64,000 bases of DNA from positions 127,342 through 191,341 of the forward strand of contig CAWFGE010000016.1 in assembly GCA_963815195.1 (NCBI GenBank), read 5' to 3'. How positions within the stretch are numbered: the stretch's first letter is position 1; each line of letters begins with the position of its first letter. Shown piece by piece: positions 40,112 through 52,300 of the stretch. Source of the stretch: an uncultured Planctomycetaceae bacterium. GTDB lineage: Bacteria; Planctomycetota; Planctomycetia; Planctomycetales; Planctomycetaceae. The notes below the pieces were generated by a model that saw only the letters and a list, made by a program, of their open reading frames with translations, searched no databases and was not told the DNA's origin. A program made the position numbers and the translations under genes.

Positions 40112-41941
40112 ATGAACCGACGCAACGACCTTCGCAATATCGCCATTATTGCCCACGTGGACCACGGCAAGACCACGCTGGTCGATTCTCTGCTCAAGCA
40201 AAGCGGGCAGTTCCGCGAGTCCCAACTCTCGCAGGAGTGCATTTTGGACTCGAACGATCTGGAACGGGAACGGGGCATCACGATTCTCGCCAAGAACATC
40301 GCCCTGACTTACAAGGGCGTGAAGATCAACATCATCGACACCCCCGGCCACGCCGACTTCGGGGGCGAGGTGGAGCGCGTGCTCAAAATGGCCGACGGGG
40401 CGCTGATTCTCGTCGATGCCTTCGAAGGCCCGCGGCCGCAAACCCGGTTCGTGGTGCAGAAGGCCTTGGAATGCGGATTGAAACCGCTGGTCGTCGTCAA
40501 CAAGATCGACCGCCCCGACGCCCGGCCGAGCGAAGTGCTTTCCGAAACCTTCGACCTGTTCGTGGAACTCGGAGCGGACGACGAGACGCTCGATTTCCCG
40601 TACATCTTCGCCAGCGGCCGGGACGGTTACGCGACCCACAACCCCGACGACCGCGAAGGCACGATCGCCCCGCTGTTGGATTTCGTTTTGGAACACATCC
40701 CCGGCCCCTTGGTCGATCCGGACGGCCCCTTGCAGATCATGGTCACCACGCTGGAATGGTCGGAATACGTCGGCCGAATCGCCACCGGGCGGATTACGTC
40801 CGGTTCGGTGCACGAGGGCCAGAAGGCGGTGATGATCCGCGAAGACGGCAGCCATCGCCCCGTGGAAATCACCGGCGTCGAGGTCTTCGACAAGCTCGGC
40901 CGCACGCCCGTGGAGACCGCGACCGCCGGCGACATCGTGGCCCTCATCGGTTTGGACGAGCCGGACATCGGCGACACGATCGCCTGCCCGGTCTCGCCGG
41001 TCGCTTTGACCCGCATCAGTGTGGACGAGCCGACGCTCTCGATGCTGTTTACCATCAATTCCTCCCCGCTGTCGGGCCGGGACGGAAAATTCGTCACCAG
41101 CCGGCATTTGAGGGCCCGGCTGTTTCGCGAACTCGAATCCAACGTGGCCCTCCGCGTCGAAGAAACCGGCGAGAAGGATTCCTTCACCGTCTCCGGCCGC
41201 GGGGTGCTCCATCTGTCGATCCTCATCGAGCAAATGCGCCGCGAAGGCTACGAGCTCTCCGTGGGCAAGCCCGAAGTCATCCGCAAACAGATCGACCACA
41301 AATGGCACGAACCGTTTGAAATCCTCGTCGTCGATGTGCCCAATACCGCCGTCGGCCCGGTGATGGAACTTGTGGGCAACCGCCGGGGACAAATCCTGGA
41401 AATGACCGCCGGCCCCACCGGCCTGTCGCACCTGGAATTCAGCATCCCCGCTCGCGGATTGATCGGCCTGCGCACCCGCCTCTTAAACGCGACGCGGGGT
41501 GAAGCGATTATCCATCATCGCTTCGACTCCTACAAACCCGTGGAAGGCGAAGTCCCCCGCCGAAAGAATGGTGTCTTGGTTTCGCAGCTCTCCGGGCAAG
41601 CCGTGGCGTATGCCCTTTGGAAACTTCAGGAACGCGCCGAGATATTTGTCTCACCCGGCCAGGATGTGTACGAGGGCATGATCGTCGGCGAAAACTCCCG
41701 CGAGAACGATCTGGTCGTGAACCCCATCCGCGAGAAGAAGCTGACCAACATCCGCTCCTCCGGGGCCGACGATGCGATCCTGCTCAAGCCGCCCCGCAAT
41801 TGGTCCGAAGACTTGGAAGCGGCCCTCGAATACATCGAAGACGACGAGTTCGTGGAGATCACCCCGAAGGTGATCCGCCTGCGGAAAATCTTCCTCACCG
41901 AAACCGGCCGCAAGCGCCACATCCGCAAATCCGCCTCTTGA
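40112..41941 (+). CDS. typA: Translational GTPase TypA/BipA
   Basis: [51 protein letters not shown]. Confidence 0.98.
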   Translation: MNRRNDLRNIAIIAHVDHGKTTLVDSLLKQSGQFRESQLSQECILDSNDLERERGITILAKNIALTYKGVKINIIDTPGHADFGGEVERVLKMADGALILVDAFEGPRPQTRFVVQKALECGLKPLVVVNKIDRPDARPSEVLSETFDLFVELGADDETLDFPYIFASGRDGYATHNPDDREGTIAPLLDFVLEHIPGPLVDPDGPLQIMVTTLEWSEYVGRIATGRITSGSVHEGQKAVMIREDGSHRPVEITGVEVFDKLGRTPVETATAGDIVALIGLDEPDIGDTIACPVSPVALTRISVDEPTLSMLFTINSSPLSGRDGKFVTSRHLRARLFRELESNVALRVEETGEKDSFTVSGRGVLHLSILIEQMRREGYELSVGKPEVIRKQIDHKWHEPFEILVVDVPNTAVGPVMELVGNRRGQILEMTAGPTGLSHLEFSIPARGLIGLRTRLLNATRGEAIIHHRFDSYKPVEGEVPRRKNGVLVSQLSGQAVAYALWKLQERAEIFVSPGQDVYEGMIVGENSRENDLVVNPIREKKLTNIRSSGADDAILLKPPRNWSEDLEAALEYIEDDEFVEITPKVIRLRKIFLTETGRKRHIRKSAS

Positions 41942-41963
41942 GGAAGACGGGGAGATCGGAACG

Positions 41964-42016
41964 GAGCCGCGCACGCAGTCAGCGGAATGTGAAACCGCTG
42001 ACTGCGTGCGCGGCTC
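41964..42016 (+). repeat. Hairpin repeat downstream of typA (possible terminator)
   Basis: GAGCCGCGCACGCAGTCAGCGG-loop-CCGCTGACTGCGTGCGCGGCTC then TTT; related copy at 45209. Confidence 0.75.
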
Positions 42017-42158
42017 TTTGCGCTTCCCCCGATCGCCGGGGCGGATTATTTCCAGGTTTTGCCAAGATTCTCTTTGAGTTTCGGGCCGAACTGGAGTCTA
42101 AATAAGGGATGACCTGAAAAAACAGGGCCCGGGGGCGGCAACGGATTCTTTCGGTGGG

Positions 42159-42665
42159 ATGGCGATGTCGCTCGACCGGCTGGTGCAAATGCATCTGAAT
42201 GACGCTTTGCAACTGGCCGTTCGGCTGTCGGGCCGGCCCGAAACGGCCGAAGAAATCGTGCAGGAGGCGCTGCTCAAGGTCGCCAAAAGTTGGAAAAACT
42301 TTCGCGAAGAGTCGGCGTTTCGCACGTGGCTGTTCCGGATTGTGATCAATGTCTTCCGCGATTGGCTCAAACGGCGCGAGAGCTTTCAGGCGTTGGACGA
42401 GGCGTCCTGTTCCCTGGCGGACCCGAAAGCCGATCGGCCGGATTCGGCGATGCTGCGAAAAGAGTTTCACGAGTTCGTGGCCGAGCGGATCTCGGCCTTG
42501 CCGCCCCGTCAACGCGAGGTGTTGGTCTTGATGACGTACGAAGATTTGACGGCCGCGGAGACGGCTCAGGTCCTGGGCATCACGGAGGCGAACGTGCATT
42601 CCACGCTGCACATCGCGCGGGACCGGCTCCGCCGCGAGTTGGCGCCCTATCTGGTGGAGAAGTGA
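42159..42665 (+). CDS. ECF RNA polymerase sigma factor
   Basis: AEEIVQEALLK, SAFRTWLFRIVIN, LPPRQREVLVL, region-4 HTH. Confidence 0.93.
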   Translation: MAMSLDRLVQMHLNDALQLAVRLSGRPETAEEIVQEALLKVAKSWKNFREESAFRTWLFRIVINVFRDWLKRRESFQALDEASCSLADPKADRPDSAMLRKEFHEFVAERISALPPRQREVLVLMTYEDLTAAETAQVLGITEANVHSTLHIARDRLRRELAPYLVEK

Positions 42666-42666
42666 C

Positions 42667-43836
42667 ATGACAGCTTCCCATTCCAATCCCAATCGTCCCG
42701 GCGACCCTCTGGACGACTGCCTGAAACACGCCCGCTGGCCGGAACCGACGGGACTCCAGCGAAATCGGCTCGAGGCCCAATGGGACCGCCTGGCCGCCCA
42801 GCGGCTCCGCGCCCGCCAACGCGTTTTCCGCTGGGTGATCGCGGCGTCGATGTTCCTGGCGGTCGGGCTGGGCTTTGCCGGTTGGACAATTTGGAACGCG
42901 GACGAGCCACAGGTTACCCTGCCGGGACCGAACGTTTCGCCGCCGCGCATGGCTCGCAAACGCGCCTTGCCGGAAGAAGACAACCCGCCGCCCGAACCGC
43001 TCGCGCGTTCGGCTACGCGGTATGAAAAACTGGCCTTCGAGATGGCGGTCCGGCATCGCCGGCAAGCCCGCGTCAATCGCGAGCCGCAAAAACTGGTCGA
43101 TGCACTCCGCCAACTGATCGAGCACCCCGACGCCGGCGTTCCAAAACTTTGCGGGCCCCTCGAACCTGAGCGGGCGGCTTACGAGACCTTGCTCTTGACG
43201 CATTTGGGCTCGTTGAACCCGGCACAACAGCAAGCAGCGCTAAAAATCCTGGCGGAAATCGGCAGCCCGCGGGCGATTCCGGTGCTGGATCGGCTCAGCC
43301 GGGATCCCGAGTTCGAGAAATCGGCGTGGCCGGTGGCTTTGCGGTTGGCTCCCGCAGGGTTGCTGGGGAGTTGGGCGAGACGCGTTCCCGCCCCGCGCCG
43401 GGAGGATGTGCTGAAAATGCTGATTCGCCGGCCCGAGGATCCCCAAACGCTCCCGGTGTTTCTGCATCTCATTGCTCAACCGGCGTTGAGGGAATCGGCT
43501 CTCAGGGTCATTGAACAAGATCCCGACCCGCCGGTCGAAGACTTGTTCGCCTTCCTCAAGCGGGGCACCAAGGAACAACGGCATACCGCCGGCCTGGTCT
43601 TGGGAAAAATCGCCACGCCTGAAATCACCACGCAACTTCTGGCTTTGGCCCGGGACGAAAATCTTCCGCCCGAAGTGATGACCGCGCTGCTGCATTCGCC
43701 CGACAAAGACGCCGCCCGCTTTGTAAAGCTCGCCCAACAGAACCCGCAAACCCGGCCGGCCGTGCAACTGGCCTACGTCGAATGGCAATGGATTTCATAC
43801 ACGTCCAACTTCCCTTTACCCGTGGAGATTCCCTGA
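42667..43836 (+). CDS. Single-pass membrane protein with HEAT-like repeats (putative anti-sigma factor)
   Basis: Immediately downstream of the ECF gene; TM WVIAASMFLAVGLGFAGW; helical repeats (LAEIGSPRAIPVL, LGKIATPE). Confidence 0.7.
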   Translation: MTASHSNPNRPGDPLDDCLKHARWPEPTGLQRNRLEAQWDRLAAQRLRARQRVFRWVIAASMFLAVGLGFAGWTIWNADEPQVTLPGPNVSPPRMARKRALPEEDNPPPEPLARSATRYEKLAFEMAVRHRRQARVNREPQKLVDALRQLIEHPDAGVPKLCGPLEPERAAYETLLLTHLGSLNPAQQQAALKILAEIGSPRAIPVLDRLSRDPEFEKSAWPVALRLAPAGLLGSWARRVPAPRREDVLKMLIRRPEDPQTLPVFLHLIAQPALRESALRVIEQDPDPPVEDLFAFLKRGTKEQRHTAGLVLGKIATPEITTQLLALARDENLPPEVMTALLHSPDKDAARFVKLAQQNPQTRPAVQLAYVEWQWISYTSNFPLPVEIP

Positions 43837-45161
43837 TGACTCGACGATGCATTTTTCAGATGGCCGCGTGTTTGGCCGCGTTGGCTTTGATGAGTTCCCT
43901 GGCGTCGGCCCAACCGGCCGGCAATTTGGTCGCCAAGCAGCAGCCGGCGGGCAAGGACGAGGAGCTGACCTTGAAGGTGTACCGCGTGGCGGACCTGTTC
44001 ACGCCCCGGCCCGATTACCCTTACCGCGGCGGACTGCCCACGACCGACACCGGGAATATGTCGCCCTCGGGCAATGTCGGCGGCGGCATGAGCGGAGGAG
44101 GGGGTGGTCTCGGTGGCGGGAGCATGGGAGGCGGATTCTTTCAAGTCTCCGACCCGATTCGCGTTGCTCAATTCGGAGGCGGAGGCGGCGGACTCGGCGG
44201 AGGCAGCGGACTCGGGGGGGGCGGCTTGGGTTCCAGCGCGGGAATGGATGCGATGGGCGGCCTCAATTCCACCGTGGGCGGGGAAGAATCGCTGCGGTTT
44301 ACCCGCGATGAGTTGATCCAAGCCATCACCAGCACAATCCTGCCCGAGAGCTGGGAGACCTACGGCGGCAAAGGCGTCTGCACGCCTTTGGGCGGACTGC
44401 TCCTGATCAAGCAAACCGCCGAGGCCCACAAGCTCATCGAGAAATTGCTCAGCGACATCCGCACCGAAGGCGGGACCTCGCACACCGTCACCATCGATGC
44501 CCTTTGGCTGTCGCTCACGGCGGACGATTTTGAAAAGCTCGCCCCCGGTCAAAAGGGCCAAGGCGGGGACTTGTCGCCTGTGGATCCCAAGCAGCTGAAA
44601 GACCTCGCGAACAACAACCCCAGCCATCAAGGCCGGCTGAGCTGCTATAACGACCAGACCGTGCATCTGGTCGCCGGCAATCGGCGGACGGTGGTGGTCA
44701 ACGTCGTGCCCACGGTGGGCTTTTATTCCATCGGTTATACGCCCCAGGTCGCGTTTCCCAACGTGGGCGTGCTCTTGCAGATTCGGCCGACCGTCGATCC
44801 CAACCGCAAGTCCGCCGTGCTGAATGTAACCAGCACCGTCACCGAGTGGGAAGACCCCGGCGAGCCGTTCAAAATCACCACGAAGTTCGAAGGCGGCGAG
44901 AACAAGGGCATCGTCACCAAAGGCGGCGCGACGGAGGTCACCGTGGACCGCGTGAACCTCAACACGCAGCACCTGGGCACCACGGTCCGCATGCCGGTGG
45001 GCCAGCCCGTCCTCGTCGGCGGCCTGTCCCGCGTGGGCACCGATCTTCAAACCAAACCCAAACCCGAAGACAAAGACAAAGAAAAAGAAAGTGATCGGCA
45101 ACTGTATCTGATCATCAAGATCACGGTGAATGAAGAGTCGAATCCGCCCGCCGGGAAGTAG
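43836..45161 (+). CDS. Secreted secretin-like protein with Gly-rich insert
   Basis: Signal peptide; KVYRVADL, LIQAITSTILPESW, LLIKQTAEAH..IEKLL..IR (N-domain); GVLLQIRPTV and TTVRMPVGQPVLVGG (secretin-like beta core). Confidence 0.65.
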   Translation: MTRRCIFQMAACLAALALMSSLASAQPAGNLVAKQQPAGKDEELTLKVYRVADLFTPRPDYPYRGGLPTTDTGNMSPSGNVGGGMSGGGGGLGGGSMGGGFFQVSDPIRVAQFGGGGGGLGGGSGLGGGGLGSSAGMDAMGGLNSTVGGEESLRFTRDELIQAITSTILPESWETYGGKGVCTPLGGLLLIKQTAEAHKLIEKLLSDIRTEGGTSHTVTIDALWLSLTADDFEKLAPGQKGQGGDLSPVDPKQLKDLANNNPSHQGRLSCYNDQTVHLVAGNRRTVVVNVVPTVGFYSIGYTPQVAFPNVGVLLQIRPTVDPNRKSAVLNVTSTVTEWEDPGEPFKITTKFEGGENKGIVTKGGATEVTVDRVNLNTQHLGTTVRMPVGQPVLVGGLSRVGTDLQTKPKPEDKDKEKESDRQLYLIIKITVNEESNPPAGK

Positions 45162-45208
45162 ACGCGGCGGAAGACGCTTGTTCGACCGATGTGAGCGCCT
45201 CCGTTTCG

Positions 45209-45266
45209 AGAGCCGCGCACGGAGTAAGCGGAGTTCAACAAATCCGCTTACTTTGGGCGCGGCTCT
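45209..45266 (+). repeat. Hairpin repeat related to 41964-42016
   Basis: AGAGCCGCGCACGGAGTAAGCGG ... CCGCTTACTTTGGGCGCGGCTCT. Confidence 0.7.
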
Positions 45267-45359
45267 TTGCGCCGAGTTTGAAGTGGGATTGATTTTTGCC
45301 CCCGAAGGCGTAGGCTGGAGGTGTGATCGACGGAATAGAATTTGCAACAGGATTCGCCC

Positions 45360-45710
45360 ATGGCTGAGCGGCAGACTTTTTTACTTTCCGCGTCTTGTTC
45401 GCACGCGGAACCGGACTGGCAGCCCGCGGTGGATGTGTACCGCCATCCGCGGGGCTGGCTGATCAAGTGCGAATTGGCGGGCGTGCGCCGGGATGACATC
45501 AAAGTCTCGGTGCACGGATCCCGGTTGACCATCACCGGGGTTCGGCGGGACGGCACGATTGTCGAAGGCCAACGGGCCTACTCGTTGGAAATCGCGTACA
45601 ACCGCTTCACCCGGCAAGTGGAACTGCCCGGCGATTTGATGCATGCCACGCTCGAAATCGATTGCCGCGAGGGCATGCTCCTGATCGAAATCCACGCCGC
45701 CCCGGAATGA
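45360..45710 (+). CDS. Hsp20/alpha-crystallin family protein
   Basis: WQPAVDVY, ELAGV, LTITGVR, EIAYNRFTRQVELP, GMLLIEI. Confidence 0.9.
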   Translation: MAERQTFLLSASCSHAEPDWQPAVDVYRHPRGWLIKCELAGVRRDDIKVSVHGSRLTITGVRRDGTIVEGQRAYSLEIAYNRFTRQVELPGDLMHATLEIDCREGMLLIEIHAAPE

Positions 45711-45811
45711 CCCGCAAAACCGGGTTGTTCCTGAGGGTGTGCCACCCGGCCGCGGCGTTGAATCGGCGTCGCCGCGGAGATTTGTAGACTCTTCTTGGAT
45801 TGAGAGACCTG

Positions 45812-48161
45812 ATGAACGAAGCCACGCATCCAGAGCGCTATCCCGTTTTGCCTTTGAAGAACAGCGTGTTGTTTCCCGAGATGATGATGCCTCTCGTCGC
45901 GGGGCGGCCGATTTCCATTGCCGCGGTGGAAGAGGCATCGAGCAGCGAGGACAAATCGCTGGTCGTCGTCAGCCAGAAGGATTTGAGCGTCGAGGAGCCC
46001 ACGCTGGACGATCTGTTCCCCGTGGGGACGCTGGCAGTCATCAAGAAGCTGGACCGCAGTCAGGCCGGCGTGCAGGCTCATCGTCCAGGGCCACGAGCGG
46101 GTCCGGCTGTTGCCCACGGAACAGGAGGAGGGCAAACCCTATTTGACCGCCCAGGTCGAACCCCTTCCCGTCCCGGAGGATGAAGGGACCGAGGTCGAAG
46201 CGCTCCACCGCACGATTGCCGAAGAGGCCCGCAAGATCATCGGCATGATCGAGCCCCGCGCCCAGGCCGGGCTCAGCGAGCTGTTCATCCAAGTCAGCGA
46301 TCCGCTCAAGCAGGTGTATCTGTTGGGGTCGCTGTTGCCGATCGATGTGGAGAAAGAGCAGGCCCTGTTGTCGGCGAACACGCGGGTCGAAGCCCTGCGG
46401 CTGATGGTGGATTACATCTCGCACGAGCTTCAAGTCTTGGAACTCCGCCAGAAAATCACCTCGCAGGCCCAAACCGAAATGACCCGCGAGCAGCGGGACT
46501 ATTTGCTCCGCCAGCAGTTGCGGGCGATTCAGGAGGAACTCGGCGAAGGCGGCGGCGAGTCGGGGGCGGCGGCGCTGCGCGAGCAGCTCGACAACACCGA
46601 CATGCCCGATGCCGTCCGCGAAGAAGCCCGCCGGGAGCTGTCCCGCCTGGAGCGGATTCCCGCGGCATCGCCGGAGCATCAGCTCACGCAGAACTACGTC
46701 GAGCTGATTCTGGAACTCCCCTGGTCGAAGACCACGGAAGACAATCTGGACCTCAAACGGGCCCGCGAGATCCTGGACGAGGACCATTACGATCTCGCGG
46801 ACATCAAAGACCGCATCATCGAGCACCTGGCCGTCTTAAAGCTGAACCCCGACGCCAAGTCGCCGATCTTGTGTTTCGCCGGTCCGCCGGGGGTCGGGAA
46901 AACGTCCTTGGGGCATTCGATTGCCCGCTCGCTGGGCCGGCAGTTCGAGCGGATGAGCCTGGGCGGTCTCCACGATGAAGCCGAGCTGCGCGGGCACCGG
47001 CGGACTTACATCGGGGCGATGCCCGGACGGATTTTGCAAGCGATCCGGCGGGCGGGCGTCAAGAACCCGATGATTATGCTCGACGAAATCGACAAAGTCG
47101 GCCGGGACTATCGGGGCGATCCCACCTCGGCCTTGTTGGAGATTCTGGACCCCGCCCAGAACGGCGAGTTTCGCGACAACTATTTGAATCTGCCCTTCGA
47201 CCTCTCCGGCGTGTTCTTTGTCACCACGGCCAACACGCTCGATACGATCCCCCCGCCGCTGTTGGACCGCATGGAAATTTTAGCGCTCTCGGGCTACACC
47301 GACGAAGAGAAAATGAACATCGCCCGGCGGTATTTGATTCCCCGGCAGCTCAAGCAGACCGGGCTGAAGGACGATCAAATCACAATCACCGACCCGGCTC
47401 TCGCGCAGGTGATTCGCCGGTATACGCGCGAGGCGGGCGTCCGCGAACTCGAACGGACCATCGGCCGCTTGTGCCGCAAGGTGGCGACGCAGTTTGCTTC
47501 GGGAGCGACCACGCCGGTGACGGTGCAGCCGGTAAACCTCAAGGACCTGTTGGGCGGAGAAAAGTTCTTTCAGGAAGACGCCCGCCGGGATCTGCCGCCC
47601 GGCGTGGCGGCGGGATTGGCTTACACGCCGGCCGGCGGCGAAGTGCTCTATGTGGAAGCGGTGCTCCTCAGCAAGGGAGCGGGCCTGAAGCTCACCGGCA
47701 AGCTGGGCGACGTGATGAAGGAATCCGCCGAGGCCGCCCGCAGCATCATTCAATCCTGGGCGGACCGCCTGGACATCAAACAGGAAACGCTCGAGCGCGG
47801 AGTGCACATTCACGTCCCGGCGGGGGCGACTCCTAAAGATGGCCCCTCGGCGGGAGTGACGATCGCCACCGCGCTCGCATCGTTGTTTACGGATCGCCCG
47901 GTGCAAAGCGACACCGCGATGACGGGCGAAATCACGCTCAGCGGCCTGGTGCTGCCGGTCGGCGGCATCAAGGAGAAAGTCCTCGCCGCCCATCGCGCGC
48001 GGATCAAACGCCTGATTCTGCCCAAGCGGAACGAGCAGGACCTGGACGACATCCCCGAGCACGTCCGCCGGGAACTCGAATTCGTATTCGTCGAGCGGAT
48101 CGAAGAGGTCCTCAAAGCCGCGATTCCCAAGCTGCCGCTCGCGCACGAACTCGTGCGTTGA
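45812..48161 (+). CDS. lon: ATP-dependent protease La (frameshift about 46076)
   Basis: PVLPLKNSVLFP N-domain, GPPGVGKTS, GHRRTYIGAMPG, PKDGPSAG, PVGGIKEK. Confidence 0.96.
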
Positions 48162-48209
48162 GGGCCCTGCCTTTCCGGTATGTTACTTTCGCTAACCAGG
48201 AGGATTGCC

Positions 48210-48971
48210 ATGAAATTAGTTGTCATTGGTGGAAGCGGGCTCATCGGAAAAAAGGTCGTGAGGAACCTTCGTCAGGGCGGCCACGAGGTGGTGGCGGCAT
48301 CCCCGTCGTTGGGCGTCAACACCGTCACTGGCGAGGGACTGGCACAGGCCCTTGCAGGCGCTCAGGTGGTTGTGGATGTCGCGAATGCGCCCTCGTGGGA
48401 GGACGATGCCGTTCTCGCGTTTTTCGAGACATCGGAGCGCAATCTCCAGGCCGCGGAAGCCGACGCGGGCGTCAGCCATCATGTCGCCTTGTCGGTCGTC
48501 GGCACCGACCGCCTGCTCGCAAGCGGTTACTTCCGCGCGAAGATGGCTCAGGAAAACTTGATTAAAACGTCCCCGATTCCCTACACGATCGTGCGTGCAA
48601 CGCAGTTCTTCGAGTTCACGGACGGCATCGCCCAGTCCGCAGCCGAAGGCCAGACGGTTCGGCTTCCACCGGTTCAGATGCAGCCTGTTGCGTCAGATGA
48701 CGTGGCCGCCACCATGGCCGATGTGGCCCTCGCTGAGCCATTGAACGGCACGGTCGAACTGGCCGGTCCCGAATTGATTCGTCAAGACGACCTCGTGCGG
48801 CGGTTCCTGAATTCAACCGGCGACGCACGAACGGTGATCACCGATCCCAAGGCACTTTACTTCGGCATCGCGGTGGACGACCAAAGCCTCACTCCAGGCC
48901 AACACCCGCGAATCGGTCCAACGCGGTTCGACGACTGGCTATCCGCCCGGTCGATGCCGATGGCCCACTGA
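48210..48971 (+). CDS. SDR/NmrA-like NAD(P)H-binding oxidoreductase
   Basis: AGGAGG RBS; MKLVVIGGSGLIG, GYFRAK, RATQFFEF. Confidence 0.9.
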   Translation: MKLVVIGGSGLIGKKVVRNLRQGGHEVVAASPSLGVNTVTGEGLAQALAGAQVVVDVANAPSWEDDAVLAFFETSERNLQAAEADAGVSHHVALSVVGTDRLLASGYFRAKMAQENLIKTSPIPYTIVRATQFFEFTDGIAQSAAEGQTVRLPPVQMQPVASDDVAATMADVALAEPLNGTVELAGPELIRQDDLVRRFLNSTGDARTVITDPKALYFGIAVDDQSLTPGQHPRIGPTRFDDWLSARSMPMAH

Positions 48972-49316
48972 GACGAAAAGCGCCGGTTGTGCCGGCCTGT
49001 TTGGTATGAGAAAAACCGTGGTTGCAAACCTCAAAAGGCCGGCACAGCAAGTAGGGTCCGCGAGGGTGCCACTGGCAACTTGTTGCCAGTGCTTTCCATC
49101 AGCATGGAATCGACGGGGTGGCTGGGGTCCGTTTGTCGCAAATTGCTTGGCGTTAAGAAAACATTGCATCGACAAACTGCCCCCAGGAGTGCAGGTGTTC
49201 GCTCGCCTGGGGGCAGGCTGCCGATGCCCTCGTCTGCGGATTCAATGCCCCTTGCGGCAGCCTGACCCCAGCCACCCCGCCGCCCGGATTGGTTAATCCG
49301 ATTCGCACTGGCAGGC

Positions 49317-52300
49317 TCAATCACGGCCTCGTTTGCCGCCGTGGTTCTGTAGAATCTCTCGAACTTCCGATCCCCATGCCTCGTCGTATGCCGTCCGGCG
49401 CAGACGGTCTTGCTTATGGACTTCCGCTCCATGATCCAAAAGCAGTTGCACCAGTTCTTTGGCGGTTTTCTCGTCAGCAAGCCCTGCGGCATAATGCAGT
49501 GCCGTTTTGCCAATCCCAACTGTTTCGTTGATGTTATCCCGACTGTGCTTCAGTAGGATTCTCGCCGCTTTGGGGTGCCCCGTGGCGGCGGCGTGAATTA
49601 AGGGGGTGCGGCCGCCGAACTTTCGGGCGCTAACCAGTTCCGGCGACTTTGCCAGGAGGTTCGTGATGCGTTCCTCATCGTCCAAGACGACAGCGGCGAA
49701 GAGATCCACAGGAGCTCCCGCCTCGGTCAATTTCTTGATCGATTCTGTATATCCTCCCCTGACCGCAGAATCCATCGGTGTCAGTTCGCCACTGTTTTTC
49801 GCATTGATAGTCGCTCCCCGCTTGAGAAGTTCCACGACAACCGCAGGATGCCGAACCGCGTTATGCAACGCCGTGTTACCGTATTTGCCTTCGGCCTCAA
49901 TCTGAGCGCCGCGGTCGAGCAAAAACTTCACTGCTCCAAGCTGGCCGAATTCTGCCGCGGCGTGAAGAGCGGTGTTTCCCAATTCATCACCGACTTCAAT
50001 GTTCGCGCCTTGATCCAAGAGCAGTTTGAGGATTTCCGTCTTTCCATATTGAGCGGCCGAATGCAGGGGGCGTTCCCCCCTGCGCGTGAGAATGGCATCC
50101 GGGCCGGAAAGGTGCTTGAGCATGACTTTGATACATTCGGTGCCACCGCGTTGGGCCGCCATGTTCCATGCCGACTCGTGCCCACTGTACGAGTCGGGAA
50201 AATAAAATCGAGCGCCTTTTTCGATCAGATAGTCGACGATTTGCGGCTGTTCTCCAATGATGGCCGCGTGCAAAGGGGCAGGTCGGCCTCTGCGAGATTG
50301 TATGCTTTTTACAACGCCGGGGACGGCTTCCACGTAGCCTTTGACATCCTTTAGCCGCCCCAGTTCGCAAGCACCATCGATCGCGTGGGGAGCGATGGCC
50401 TGAAAGACGGCCTGGGCCACTTGAAGGCGATCCGTCCGCTGCTTTTCGTTCAGCTTGTCGATCGACGGAACCTTCTCGGAGGTCGCGCCCTGCCGGACTA
50501 GCCACTCTGCGACTTGTTGTTGATTTCGTTCGACGGCTTTTTCCAATGCCATGCCGGCTTTCTGTCCGGATGTGGCGGTTTCCGGCGAATGGTGCCAGAG
50601 CCGCGTGACGATCTTCAGCTGTCCCGCTTGTGCCGCTAACACGAGAGGGGTTGCATATTCGTATCCCGGCGGGCGGATGAGAGAAGCGTCCAGCTTCGCC
50701 CCCGCTTTCAGCAAATGAGCCACGATGGTCTCCTGGGCCGCCGCCGCGGCTTGATGCAGCGGAGTGAGGCGGGGCACCGCGGCCGTGGGACTGGGATCGG
50801 CTTTATGATCCAACAGCCATTTCACCAAATCGGCATTTCCCGAAGCCACTGCATAGTGCAAAGGGGAACCGAAGCGGTCCGAGTGGGCGTTGACGTCCGC
50901 CCCCTCTTTCACAAGGATTTTGACGAGATCCAATCGCCCCGCCGCGGCCGCGTGATGCAGGGGAGTCACTCCAAATTCGTCGGCATGCCGAGCCCGGTTG
51001 GCTTTCTCTTCCAGTTGAACTTCCAGTTGATCGGGCGTTGTGGTCTTCAGCGAAAACACCCAGTCCGCCTCTGGATCCCTATTGCTTATGCCAGCGCCGC
51101 CCGTGCTCATCCACCTCCCTCGAAACTCGTTGGCCGCGATCGCATTGGGCTTCGCCTCATTGAAACCGACGCGAGTGTTTTTCTTTTCATAGATGTCAAA
51201 GAGATTCTTGTATTTCTGCTTGAGTTCGTCGGGGCTTTTCAGCTTTTGGGTTTGCCATTTTCCTTCGACGAATTGACTGATCCTCACACCCGAATTACCG
51301 CCGGGATCATCCACGACTCGCACCCGGAAGTTCTTTTCATCGAATTCCATTTCGGTGTAGCGGTGGCCGTCCTTGTTTTGAATGGACCAGTACAAATCGC
51401 GTTCTTGGGCCCAAATCCCTGATCCGGGGAAGTGATGAAAATGAGCGAACTCGATCGACTTGCCCGCTGCCAAAGGTTCGGTCTTCAAAGGCGGGCGTAA
51501 CAAGGCCGCGGGCACGGCCCCGTGCTCATAGAGCAAGAGCCTCATCCCTGCATTGTCCGGAGAGTCATAGGAACGCGCCCCACGATCGCCTAGCACATCA
51601 AGGGCGGTTTTCAAATCCCATCGGCCAATCACTTCGTTGACCTTCGCCCCTGTGCTTAACAAGAAGGCCACAATCCGAGGATGCTTTGCCTCAATCCCTG
51701 CATGAAGGAGCATGGAACTTTGGGCTTTCCACAAGTCGGAGTTGAAAGCGGGCGCGCTGAATAGCTTCTTGAGCTCGTCTCCTTCACCCAAATGAACCGC
51801 CGCCAGCAAATCCATCGGTGCCCCGTGCTGTTTCAGCAGGGGAACGACTTCACGCGGCGCATAGCCGGGAATCCGACCGAGCAGACTCCAACCGTCCTTG
51901 TCGAGCAACGTGGCATCGGCTCCGTGATCCAGCAGGAGCCGAACCAATGCCAGCTTGTCTCCTTTCCACGATCCGACCGCTTTCAACAAAGGCCAATGGC
52001 CCTGTTTTGGGTTTCCATTCGGATCGGCTCCTTTTTCCAGAAGCAGCTTCGCCACATCCACATGGCCTTTCGCCAACGCCACTTCCAGCAAGGAATCACC
52101 CCCGCGAGCGCGACATCGAATGTTGGCCCCATGCTGCAAAAGCCGACGGGCCGCCTCCGCTTTTCCGAACTTGACCGCATCGTGCAGCGGCGTCCCCTCC
52201 GCTCCTCGTTGGTCATAATCGACCACCGCGCCCCGCCCCACGAGCAAATCGATGATCTCGAGTCGGCCGCTGCGTGCGGCCATGTGCAGCGGCGTCACTC

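Noticed and set aside
44080..44235. G-rich repeat as a DNA element
   Set aside because: It simply encodes a poly-Gly linker
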